Below are positions 1-7,219 of a stretch of 34,313 bases of DNA, in pieces (the stretch's first letter is position 1; the number at the start of each line of letters is the position of its first letter). The position numbers were made by a program, and so were the translations under genes. The notes beneath the pieces are model-generated. The model had not been told where the DNA came from. It made no database searches and was given only the letters and a program-made list of their open reading frames with translations. The stretch comes from Candidatus Cloacimonadota bacterium (GTDB lineage: Bacteria > Cloacimonadota > Cloacimonadia > Cloacimonadales > TCS61), in assembly GCA_030595905.1 (NCBI GenBank), contig JAUVLE010000003.1:1-34313 (forward strand), read 5' to 3'.

Positions 1-9
1 GAGGTTCGG

Positions 10-39
10 CAAAATTGAAAGTGTGCCTTTATGTGTCAA
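10..39 (-). promoter_or_regulatory. Putative promoter (TTGACA-N19-TTTTG) for a transcript leaving the left end of the window
   Basis: Minus strand reads TTGACA cataaaggcacactttcaa TTTTG, with an A-tract upstream; same geometry at 23082 and 29566. Confidence 0.4.
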
Positions 40-83
40 GCGCAAATTATCTTTTTTTCAAAAAAAAAACAAAGGTAGTATTC

Positions 84-1019
84 TTATAGAAAAAACCTGC
101 TGTCAATTCTTGAAATTATCCGCTTTTTAAAAACGAATTCAGACCATACTTTCAACGTTTCCAGCGACATCCTTATTTTTGCATTTTTTGTGAAAGAACC
201 GGCATGCGGAGACAATAATACATTTTCTTTTTTTGCAAAATTTTGTGCTTTCCATGGTTCTTGACTAAAGACATCAGATGCAAACCCAAGAATTTTTCCG
301 GATAATAAGCCGGATTCAATAATGCTTTCATCTACAATCCCGCCCCGAGCTGTATTGATCAACCATATAGATTCATGCAATTCCTGTAAAATCGAAACGG
401 AAAAATAATGTTGAGTTTCCTTTGTGAGCGGACAATGAAATGTTACCAGGTTACACCATTCGATTCCTTCTTTATAGGAGATCTTTTCAACGCCTCTCTC
501 CTTCCATTCGGAAACAGAAAGATATGGATCGATTCCTTTAACTTCCGCTCCAAGAAATTGTAAAGCTCCGGCAACCCTGGAGCCAACTCTTCCCACACCC
601 ACGATTAAAACTTTCAGATCAGGAATTTCCCAATTTGCCGGAAAATCCTTGCTCCAGTCTTCTTTCAAAACCATTTCTTTACACTTCTGATGTTGTTTGA
701 TAAGCGCAAAGATGAAAGACAAAGTGTGCTCATAAGCGGAAAAAGCATTAGCTTCGGGAGTATTGCAGACAACGATATTTCTCTTCTCAGCTTCCGGAAT
801 ATCTATATTATCAAAACCACTACCGGCTCGTATTATCATCTTCAGATCGGGAAATTTTCGGAAATATTCTTTATTAAAATTTGTTTTTGTGCGAATTATT
901 ATTATTTCAACTTTATCCTGATTGCCTTCAGTATCTTCCAGAAAATAACTTTCCCAGTTCTTTTCCTTTATTTTCTGCCAAAAAAGTTTCGGCATTGATT
1001 CCATTACATATGTTTTCAA
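84..1019 (-). CDS. D-isomer-specific 2-hydroxyacid dehydrogenase (SerA/D-3-phosphoglycerate dehydrogenase-like, no ACT domain)
   Basis: RAGSGFDNID, NTPEANAFSAYEH, Rossmann GVGRVG, INTARGGIVDE, DVFSQEP, SPHAG motifs; TTG start preceded by GAGG RBS. Confidence 0.85.
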   Translation of the reverse strand: MKTYVMESMPKLFWQKIKEKNWESYFLEDTEGNQDKVEIIIIRTKTNFNKEYFRKFPDLKMIIRAGSGFDNIDIPEAEKRNIVVCNTPEANAFSAYEHTLSFIFALIKQHQKCKEMVLKEDWSKDFPANWEIPDLKVLIVGVGRVGSRVAGALQFLGAEVKGIDPYLSVSEWKERGVEKISYKEGIEWCNLVTFHCPLTKETQHYFSVSILQELHESIWLINTARGGIVDESIIESGLLSGKILGFASDVFSQEPWKAQNFAKKENVLLSPHAGSFTKNAKIRMSLETLKVWSEFVFKKRIISRIDSRFFL

Positions 1020-1214
1020 AATTAATTACCTCATTTAATCTAAAGGAATTTTTTATGACTATTGTACTTTGCTCTGATTAATTTTTTTTTAATAAGATTC
1101 TTCTTCATTATTATAATACTATCCATATACTGCATAAAATCAAAAAAAAATAACTACTTAGTTAATCAAGGAAAAAATGTTTGACAGATTATATATTCCA
1201 ATAATTTATCTCTA

Positions 1215-1373
1215 ATGGAATTAGGTATTATGATTTTTTTAATAAAAATAGTAACTGAATTTAACTATCGAAAAATGAGGAATAGTGCTGCACATCTTGA
1301 TATGCAACACACTAAAGAACAAGCAGAAAATGCAGTTGCTTTTGTAAAAAGTTTAATTCAAAGGAACAGCTAA
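1215..1373 (+). pseudogene. Short ORF (52 aa), likely 3' remnant of a HEPN-domain cassette gene
   Basis: Own translation: MELGIMIFLIKIVTEFNYRKMRNSAAHLDMQHTKEQAENAVAFVKSLIQRNS. Contains the R-N-x-x-x-H HEPN motif followed by an amphipathic helix; the stop codon lies inside the R'' box of the attC. Confidence 0.5.
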
Positions 1374-1447
1374 AAAGGCGCTGAAGCCGACCATTTCCCG
1401 CGCCGCTTCGCTCTGCGGAAAATGGCGATTTAGCTTCATCGTTGGCT
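1368..1447 (+). mobile_element. Integron attC-like recombination site
   Basis: R'' AGCTAAA (degenerate RYYYAAC), 5-nt spacer, L'' GCTGAAGC with extra G, stem CCATTTCCCGC/GCGGAAAATGG, L' ATTTAGC, 6-nt spacer, R' GTTGGCT; GC-rich island in AT-rich DNA. Confidence 0.75.
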
Positions 1448-1458
1448 GAGAAGATAAA

Positions 1459-1896
1459 ATGAGAAAATATCAACTACCGGGTTTGTTGGCTAAATTTGTA
1501 AATCAAAAAGTATATGAGCAGTGGCTACATCGAAAAGCTGTTGCTCATGTTCGTCGGGACAGAAATCGTGGGAACAAGACAGCAACATACGAGAAATACA
1601 AAATCGCTATTCATAAAGCAGTATGTGATTCAGATGGCAAGGACGCCTATACAAACGAAGAACTGAATTGGTTGCTGCTCAGTAAGTACGACAACGAAAA
1701 ATCCAAAAAAGGCGGAAGAAATTACAAAAAGCAATTTGCATTGTTGCCTTCTGTTGACCATGTTGGGAATGGCACAGGTCCAGCAGACTTCAAAATTTGC
1801 GCGTGGCGCACAAATGGCGCAAAGAACGATTTATCATACGAGGAATTTTTGGATTTATGTGAAAAAGTTGTTGTATCAGCTAATCGCTGCGGCTGA
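1459..1896 (+). CDS. Stand-alone HNH (His-Me finger) nuclease-like protein in an integron-type gene cassette
   Basis: GKDAYTNEEL...PSVDH...DFKICAWRTNGAKND-SYEEF pattern; starts 11 nt after R' and runs through the next R'' box. Confidence 0.6.
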   Translation: MRKYQLPGLLAKFVNQKVYEQWLHRKAVAHVRRDRNRGNKTATYEKYKIAIHKAVCDSDGKDAYTNEELNWLLLSKYDNEKSKKGGRNYKKQFALLPSVDHVGNGTGPADFKICAWRTNGAKNDLSYEEFLDLCEKVVVSANRCG

Positions 1897-1911
1897 AGAG
1901 CGACGTTCTAA
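1878..1911 (+). mobile_element. Second, internally deleted attC remnant
   Basis: R''-like AGCTAAT (near-complementary to the cassette's own GTTGGCT), then only the right arm GCG-GCTGAAG-AGCGAC-GTTCTAA; left arm missing. Confidence 0.5.
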
Positions 1912-1949
1912 AGAATAATCATATCTATTTAATTCCATTACCAGTGTTT

Positions 1950-2492
1950 TCATTTAATAAAATTCATCTGCAAATATTCATTTTTATATTTCACATAATT
2001 TTTTGAAGAGGTATATATATTTTCAACCTCTTTATCGGAAAGTTTTCTCACCACTTTTGCAGGAGTTCCCATGATCAGGCTTCGGGAAGGAAACTTCTTA
2101 TTCTGGGTAACCACTACTCCTGCTGCAACAATTGATTCATTCCCGATCTCCGATCCATCAAGCAAAGTTGCACTCATTCCGATCAGGCAGGCATTCCCGA
2201 TCCGACATCCGTGAAGCATAACTTTATGACCAATCGTTACATCACTTCCAATAATGGCAGGAAAACCTCCTTCGATATCATCATTTTCGGAATGCGTAAC
2301 ATGGATCACGCTGAGGTCTTGAATGTTCGTGCGGTTACCTATTTTGATATAGTGAACATCTCCCCTGAGCACAACGCCAAACCAGACGGAGCAATCATTA
2401 CCAATTTCACAGCGGCCGATAACATCTGCCGTAGGTGCTATCCATGTGTTCTTTCCAATTTTGGGAACATGATCTTTGAAATTCGAAATCAT
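1950..2492 (-). CDS. Gamma carbonic anhydrase family / hexapeptide-repeat protein (YrdA-like)
   Basis: LRGDV, NIQDLSVIH, TIGHKVMLHGC metal-binding His set, hexapeptide repeats, GTPAKVVR. Confidence 0.9.
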   Translation of the reverse strand: MISNFKDHVPKIGKNTWIAPTADVIGRCEIGNDCSVWFGVVLRGDVHYIKIGNRTNIQDLSVIHVTHSENDDIEGGFPAIIGSDVTIGHKVMLHGCRIGNACLIGMSATLLDGSEIGNESIVAAGVVVTQNKKFPSRSLIMGTPAKVVRKLSDKEVENIYTSSKNYVKYKNEYLQMNFIK

Positions 2493-2496
2493 GATA

Positions 2497-3405
2497 TTAT
2501 CCTTTTATTTTATCAAATGTTTTAAAGTGTATTTTGGCAACTTCTCTCAATTTCTCTTTTCCGAATTTGGTTGCAAAATCATTCGCTGTTTTCACAACCT
2601 TATCCGAAGCACCTTTTGGGAATTTCATTCCATATTTTTCCGACATTTCATCCATTCTTTTCAGGAAGATATAACGCGCAATAATAGAAGCCGAAGCAAC
2701 CGCCGGATCTTCTTCTGCCTTTATCTTATTCTGTAATTCTATGTTCTTCAAATCTTTCAAAGAAGAAAGCAAAACCCTGTCACCTGCAAATTTGTCCACA
2801 ACAGCTCCTTCAAATTTATGTTTCTTTTTCAGGTTCAGAATTATCCTGCCATGCATCCAGGCAAGCAGTTCATTCAGCTTCTTATTCTGCTGACGAAATT
2901 TTGCGTAAAGTTCATTATACTTGGAAGGGAACAGACACAAGACCTCGATATTATCAAAGAAACAGGCATACAATCTTTTCGCCATTTTCCTGATCTCCGC
3001 ATCATTAAGAAGTTTGGAATCTTTCACACCGATCTTCTTCAATTCCGGAAGCATTCCTTCATTTGCAATAAACCCGCAGACAACAAGCGGTCCGAAGAAA
3101 TCTCCTTTCCCCGATTCATCGGTTCCAGCCCAGATCTTCCATTTGTGAAAAGAAGATGCAGTTTCAATTTCCATTTTAAGAAGCTTTCGCATCAACGGGC
3201 GAAGTTTATTGTTCGGAGAACCACCGATAACTGTGGAAATACCCTTCTTCTTAGAAAAATAGATATTAACGGAAATTTTCTGATCTTGCCTGCAAAACTT
3301 CAGTTGAACACCAAAATTGATCTCACGTTCATCTTCGAGGATCAATCCTGCATTTTCGGCTTTTCCTAAAAATTCCGTAACAAAATCAACTAATTCTTTT
3401 CCCAT
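2497..3405 (-). CDS. rnhC: Ribonuclease HIII
   Basis: GTDESGKGDFFGPLVV, GVKDSKLL, VVDKF, KAE..AVASASIIAR, PKGAS, AKIHFKT; N-terminal extension typical of HIII. Confidence 0.92.
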   Translation of the reverse strand: MGKELVDFVTEFLGKAENAGLILEDEREINFGVQLKFCRQDQKISVNIYFSKKKGISTVIGGSPNNKLRPLMRKLLKMEIETASSFHKWKIWAGTDESGKGDFFGPLVVCGFIANEGMLPELKKIGVKDSKLLNDAEIRKMAKRLYACFFDNIEVLCLFPSKYNELYAKFRQQNKKLNELLAWMHGRIILNLKKKHKFEGAVVDKFAGDRVLLSSLKDLKNIELQNKIKAEEDPAVASASIIARYIFLKRMDEMSEKYGMKFPKGASDKVVKTANDFATKFGKEKLREVAKIHFKTFDKIKG

Positions 3406-3935
3406 TTATCCTCAATTACTGCATTTCCGAAAACCACATCGATGTTCAATTTCAGATGGTTTTCACCTTCCACATAACTTTTGGTCTTGTATGTGCGATC
3501 ACCAAAGAAACTAACGTTTCCCTTTGGCAGTTTGCTTTCTGCAAAGACAGTGCTGACCTTTATCAATGTGGGAATTTCCGGGTTGATGAGAATATATCCC
3601 GAACCAAAAATAATATTCACTTCCATAACTGCTCCGCTTTCGGAAATATCAATATCCGTCAGGTCGATCGTGCTTTTCCCAAAAATGATATTATACTCAT
3701 TTCCAGCTTCCTTCGATTCGATCTTTGATTCACTGAAAATAACAGTATTTCCACTCGAACCCAGGAAAGATCCACCGAAAAGTAATTTTAAGCCCCAATA
3801 AATTATGAGCAGAGCAAATACCATCCTGAACAGGGGAATATCTATTTTGAATACTGCTTTTAAGATGATCGTTAATCCAAGCAGAACTAACAGAATGCCC
3901 CAGAATAATCCTCCAAATAAAAAATGCATCTTCAC
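3390..3935 (-). CDS. LiaF/DUF2154-like membrane protein
   Basis: Two N-terminal TM helices, then repeated xxIFGxxxI beta motifs (NIIFGKSTIDL, NIIFGSG, DVVFGNA). Confidence 0.65.
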   Translation of the reverse strand: MKMHFLFGGLFWGILLVLLGLTIILKAVFKIDIPLFRMVFALLIIYWGLKLLFGGSFLGSSGNTVIFSESKIESKEAGNEYNIIFGKSTIDLTDIDISESGAVMEVNIIFGSGYILINPEIPTLIKVSTVFAESKLPKGNVSFFGDRTYKTKSYVEGENHLKLNIDVVFGNAVIEDKWEKN

Positions 3936-4981
3936 CGTTCCTCCTTCTTTATTTTTTCGAATATTATATCTATCCTTTCTTTGATCTTCTCGAATGTTTC
4001 GCGATAATAAAATATCTCCATTCCATAAGGATCATCGATGTCAGATTTGAATCCGGCATATTCCGACAGCGTAAAGACTTTGTTCTCTGCATTTGGAAAA
4101 TAATCCAGAAGATGCCATTTATGCTGCTTTGTCATCGTTAGAATCAGCCAGCTATCGGAGATCAATTCTTTATTTATCTGTGTGGATAAATGACAGGAAG
4201 CATCTATCCCGATCTCTTTGAGAACTTCCCTGGAATTCTCCGATATTTCAAAACCGCTGTCAAAGAAGCCGGCAGATCTAACAGAAAAAGCAAGATCGTT
4301 CTTTTTAATTGATCCTTTCAGATAATATTCCGCCATTGGACTTCGGCAGATATTTGCCGTGCAAACGAAAAGAATCTGTGGTTTTTGGAATGAACTTGCA
4401 ATTTTTTCAAATGGTATATTTCCATCCCGAATGCAGGAAATGTTTTTTCCGGAAGCATCGATAAGAGTCGAAGGTTTTGAACTTTGAGCTGTAATGTTAT
4501 CCGGCAGTATTCCAAAATCGAACCAATCGCTTTTTCTTGTTAAAATACTTTCTAAATGTGTTTGTGGAGTTTCTCCCTCAATATTGATACTGGTACTTAT
4601 TATCGGTGTATCGATTTTCTTCAGGAACTTTCGGATGACCGGACAGGATGGAATCCTGAATGCAGCTTTTCCGTTATGAGAAACCAACCTGAATTTATCC
4701 TGCGGGTCTTTCAGGATCATCGATACTTCTCCGGGCCAGTATTGCTGGAATAATCTTTTTATTTGTGGGGAATATTCGATGTTGAACTTATCTAACCATT
4801 CTATTTCCGGGATAAGGATAATGAAACCTTTTCCGGAAATCCTTTTTTTGAGAGAATTAATTTTTTTTATTGCAGATTCGCTGAAAGCATCGCAGCCAAT
4901 ACCGAACATATTGCCTGTGTGATGCATGAAAACTGCATCTTCAAAATATTTTACTCTTGATACTTTATCGTAAATCTTCAT
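3932..4981 (-). CDS. Fusion of Sua5/YrdC (TsaC-like) domain and low-molecular-weight protein phosphatase
   Basis: N-half: FGIGCDA, KKR..K, YWPG, FRIP, ISTSIN, PSTLID, IRDG. C-half: ILFVCTANICRSPMAE P-loop and DIDDPY. Confidence 0.85.
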   Translation of the reverse strand: MKIYDKVSRVKYFEDAVFMHHTGNMFGIGCDAFSESAIKKINSLKKRISGKGFIILIPEIEWLDKFNIEYSPQIKRLFQQYWPGEVSMILKDPQDKFRLVSHNGKAAFRIPSCPVIRKFLKKIDTPIISTSINIEGETPQTHLESILTRKSDWFDFGILPDNITAQSSKPSTLIDASGKNISCIRDGNIPFEKIASSFQKPQILFVCTANICRSPMAEYYLKGSIKKNDLAFSVRSAGFFDSGFEISENSREVLKEIGIDASCHLSTQINKELISDSWLILTMTKQHKWHLLDYFPNAENKVFTLSEYAGFKSDIDDPYGMEIFYYRETFEKIKERIDIIFEKIKKEER

Positions 4982-5219
4982 TCTAAATCAACTCTAATTT
5001 TCATTTCCATTATTACATTGATATTACTCTACAAAAGAAAAAAACATTGGTTTCTTTGCAAGATTTTTTAAATTTGACAGATATAACTTCTTCTCTATTT
5101 TTTCCGATGCTCTACAAAATGCAGTTAAGATAAATTGATATACTCCGTTGTGAAGTAGAGCCACAAAGGATATGTTTGTATTAAGGTAAAAGAAATAATA
5201 ATGAAGGAGTTAATAAAAA

Positions 5220-5897
5220 ATGCTCTTAATATTGAATAGGATCGTCGATACTGAAAAAAAGAAAAAATATGATCTTATTTTCTCAGAAATATTTAATGAT
5301 CTAAAATGTAATTCTGAAATAATTTACCCTGAAGATGAAATATCCGATTCCAAATTTTCAAGGTTCAGTCATCTTTTAATAACCGGATCAGAACTTTTTG
5401 CATCACAGGAAAACAAAGATGATGGGAAAATATTTAGGGTTATCCGTCATTTTCTGGATAATAATAAATCTATTCTGGGAATCTGTTATGGTCATCAAAT
5501 GCTGGCAAAGACCATTCTGGGGAATACAGGCTGCCGGAAAGCAGCAAAACCCGAGTTCGGCTGGAAAAAAGTTCAACTTGCATCTAATTCTCTTTTTGAA
5601 GGAATAAAAAATCCGGTTTTTTATGAATCGCATTACGAGGAAGTTTGCAGCCTGACGGATGATTTCAGGATAATCGCCTATAATAATGATTGTCCTATTC
5701 AGGCATTTCAATATAAAGATCATCCTGTCTGGGGTGTTCAGTTTCACCCGGAAGTCAATTATGAAACGGGGGAATCTGCCTTTCGGCAACGATTGTTAGA
5801 AAAGCATGAGCTTAAAAATTATTTCAGGAATGAGTTGGAAAAACCTCAACAGATCGAACAGAATTTTAAAATTTTCAGGAATTTTGTTAAAGATTAA
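5220..5897 (+). CDS. Class I glutamine amidotransferase (GMP-synthase GATase-like, stand-alone)
   Basis: LITGS, ILGICYGHQ nucleophile elbow, GVQFHPE. Confidence 0.88.
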   Translation: MLLILNRIVDTEKKKKYDLIFSEIFNDLKCNSEIIYPEDEISDSKFSRFSHLLITGSELFASQENKDDGKIFRVIRHFLDNNKSILGICYGHQMLAKTILGNTGCRKAAKPEFGWKKVQLASNSLFEGIKNPVFYESHYEEVCSLTDDFRIIAYNNDCPIQAFQYKDHPVWGVQFHPEVNYETGESAFRQRLLEKHELKNYFRNELEKPQQIEQNFKIFRNFVKD

Positions 5898-5920
5898 AGG
5901 GTTCTATAAAAATCTGAGAT

Positions 5921-5969
5921 TGTCATTGCGAGGTTTAATTTCTCGTATCAAAGTCGGACAAAGCATTCC
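5921..5969. repeat. Degenerate REP/RPE-like palindromic element between convergent genes
   Basis: TGTCATTGCGAGG...AAGCATTCC frame; shares the TGTCATT end with elements at 20388-20636. Confidence 0.4.
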
Positions 5970-5970
5970 A

Positions 5971-7077
5971 TCATTCCAGGTAAAGCAGTGGATTTATGGG
6001 TGCTCCTCTTTTACGAAGTTCAAAGTGAACACATGGATATTCTACCGATCCTGTTTTCCCGGACAGAGCTATCATCTGGTTCTTTAATATTTTTTCTCCC
6101 TTTGAAACAAGCAAAGTGCTGTTGTGAGAATAAAGAGTATGAAACCCGTTCTGATGATCTATAATAATTAGTTTTCCTGCACCATTATACCATTCGGCAA
6201 AAGCTACCACTCCATCTTCAACTGCAACTATCCCCGACCCTTCCTCGGCAGAAATATCAATTCCATTATTGAAAGTGCTTACTTTATATTCTTCACTTTT
6301 ATGCTCTCCATATCCTCGAATTATACTGCCTTTGATGGGCCAGATCAGTTTAGGAGAAGAAAATTTATAGGTGAAATGTTCGGTCATAATATCCGACTGC
6401 AGCTTGGTAATAAGTTCGTCGATTGCAGCAGCTTCTGCTTCCAATTGTTTTTTTCTTTCATTCGCTGCCTGTTGTTCTTTATCAAGTTTTGTAATGCTTC
6501 CTTCCAAAGAACCGATCTGCTTTGAATATTTCCTGCTCTTCTTTTTTGTAAGTATGCGTGACCAGATAAGGTCTTCATATTTCCTGTTCTTCTTTTTCTT
6601 ATCTTTCTCAAGGTCTGTTTTTTGTCCTTTAGCAGTATTGATCATATCTGCCGTTCCCAGGATCAACGATGCAAGCAGGCGACTGTCTATTTTTTTTTCT
6701 GGAAAAATAATGCTTTGATAGTGGATAACGGCAAGTTCATAAAATCCTTTCTGACAGAGTATATTCAAACCTTCAAGTTGTTTACCGGCTTCTTCCAATT
6801 CTTTGATTGTTATATCGAGTTTTTTCCTGGTTTCACTTTCAGATTTTTTTAATCCTTTTATTTTCTTATCGGTTTGTTTTTTCTTTTTTTGTGTACTTTG
6901 CAGGTCTGCTTCTTTCTTTTTTTTCTGTTCTTCTTTTTCCTTTATCAATTGTTGTTCTTTAGTGATCTTTTCGTTCAATTTATCCAACTGCTTTTTCTTC
7001 TCATCCAGACTCTGAGAAAAAGCCTGATAAGAAATTGAAAGCATTAAGAATATTACTATTATCTTTTTCATTTTCAT
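5971..7077 (-). CDS. envC: EnvC-like murein hydrolase activator (coiled coil + degenerate M23/LytM domain)
   Basis: Signal peptide, long coiled coil, WPIKG, NNGIDI, TLYSHN, CVHFELR; Zn-site His residues substituted. Confidence 0.75.
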   Translation of the reverse strand: MKMKKIIVIFLMLSISYQAFSQSLDEKKKQLDKLNEKITKEQQLIKEKEEQKKKKEADLQSTQKKKKQTDKKIKGLKKSESETRKKLDITIKELEEAGKQLEGLNILCQKGFYELAVIHYQSIIFPEKKIDSRLLASLILGTADMINTAKGQKTDLEKDKKKKNRKYEDLIWSRILTKKKSRKYSKQIGSLEGSITKLDKEQQAANERKKQLEAEAAAIDELITKLQSDIMTEHFTYKFSSPKLIWPIKGSIIRGYGEHKSEEYKVSTFNNGIDISAEEGSGIVAVEDGVVAFAEWYNGAGKLIIIDHQNGFHTLYSHNSTLLVSKGEKILKNQMIALSGKTGSVEYPCVHFELRKRGAPINPLLYLE

Positions 7078-7140
7078 TCAACCCGCTCAAGAGGGAGATT
7101 CTATAAGATCGTTAATTATGTCAAGTTGTTCGGAAAGTAA

Positions 7141-7168
7141 GAAAAAGCCCCGACAATCGTCGAGGCTT
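7141..7168 (-). terminator. Intrinsic terminator after the C10 protease gene
   Basis: Minus strand AAGCCTCGAC-GATT-GTCGGGGCTT hairpin followed by a T-run. Confidence 0.7.
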
Positions 7169-7219
7169 AATAATTCAGTTTATTATTATTTCATATCACC
7201 AGAGGACTGGTGAACCACA

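Noticed and set aside
1-83. tRNA or rRNA at the left edge
   Set aside because: Only a promoter-like site and A/T tracts are visible; any product lies outside the window
1459-1896. Cas9/IscB fragment
   Set aside because: No RuvC motifs, CRISPR repeats or recognisable guide RNA; the ORF looks complete within its cassette
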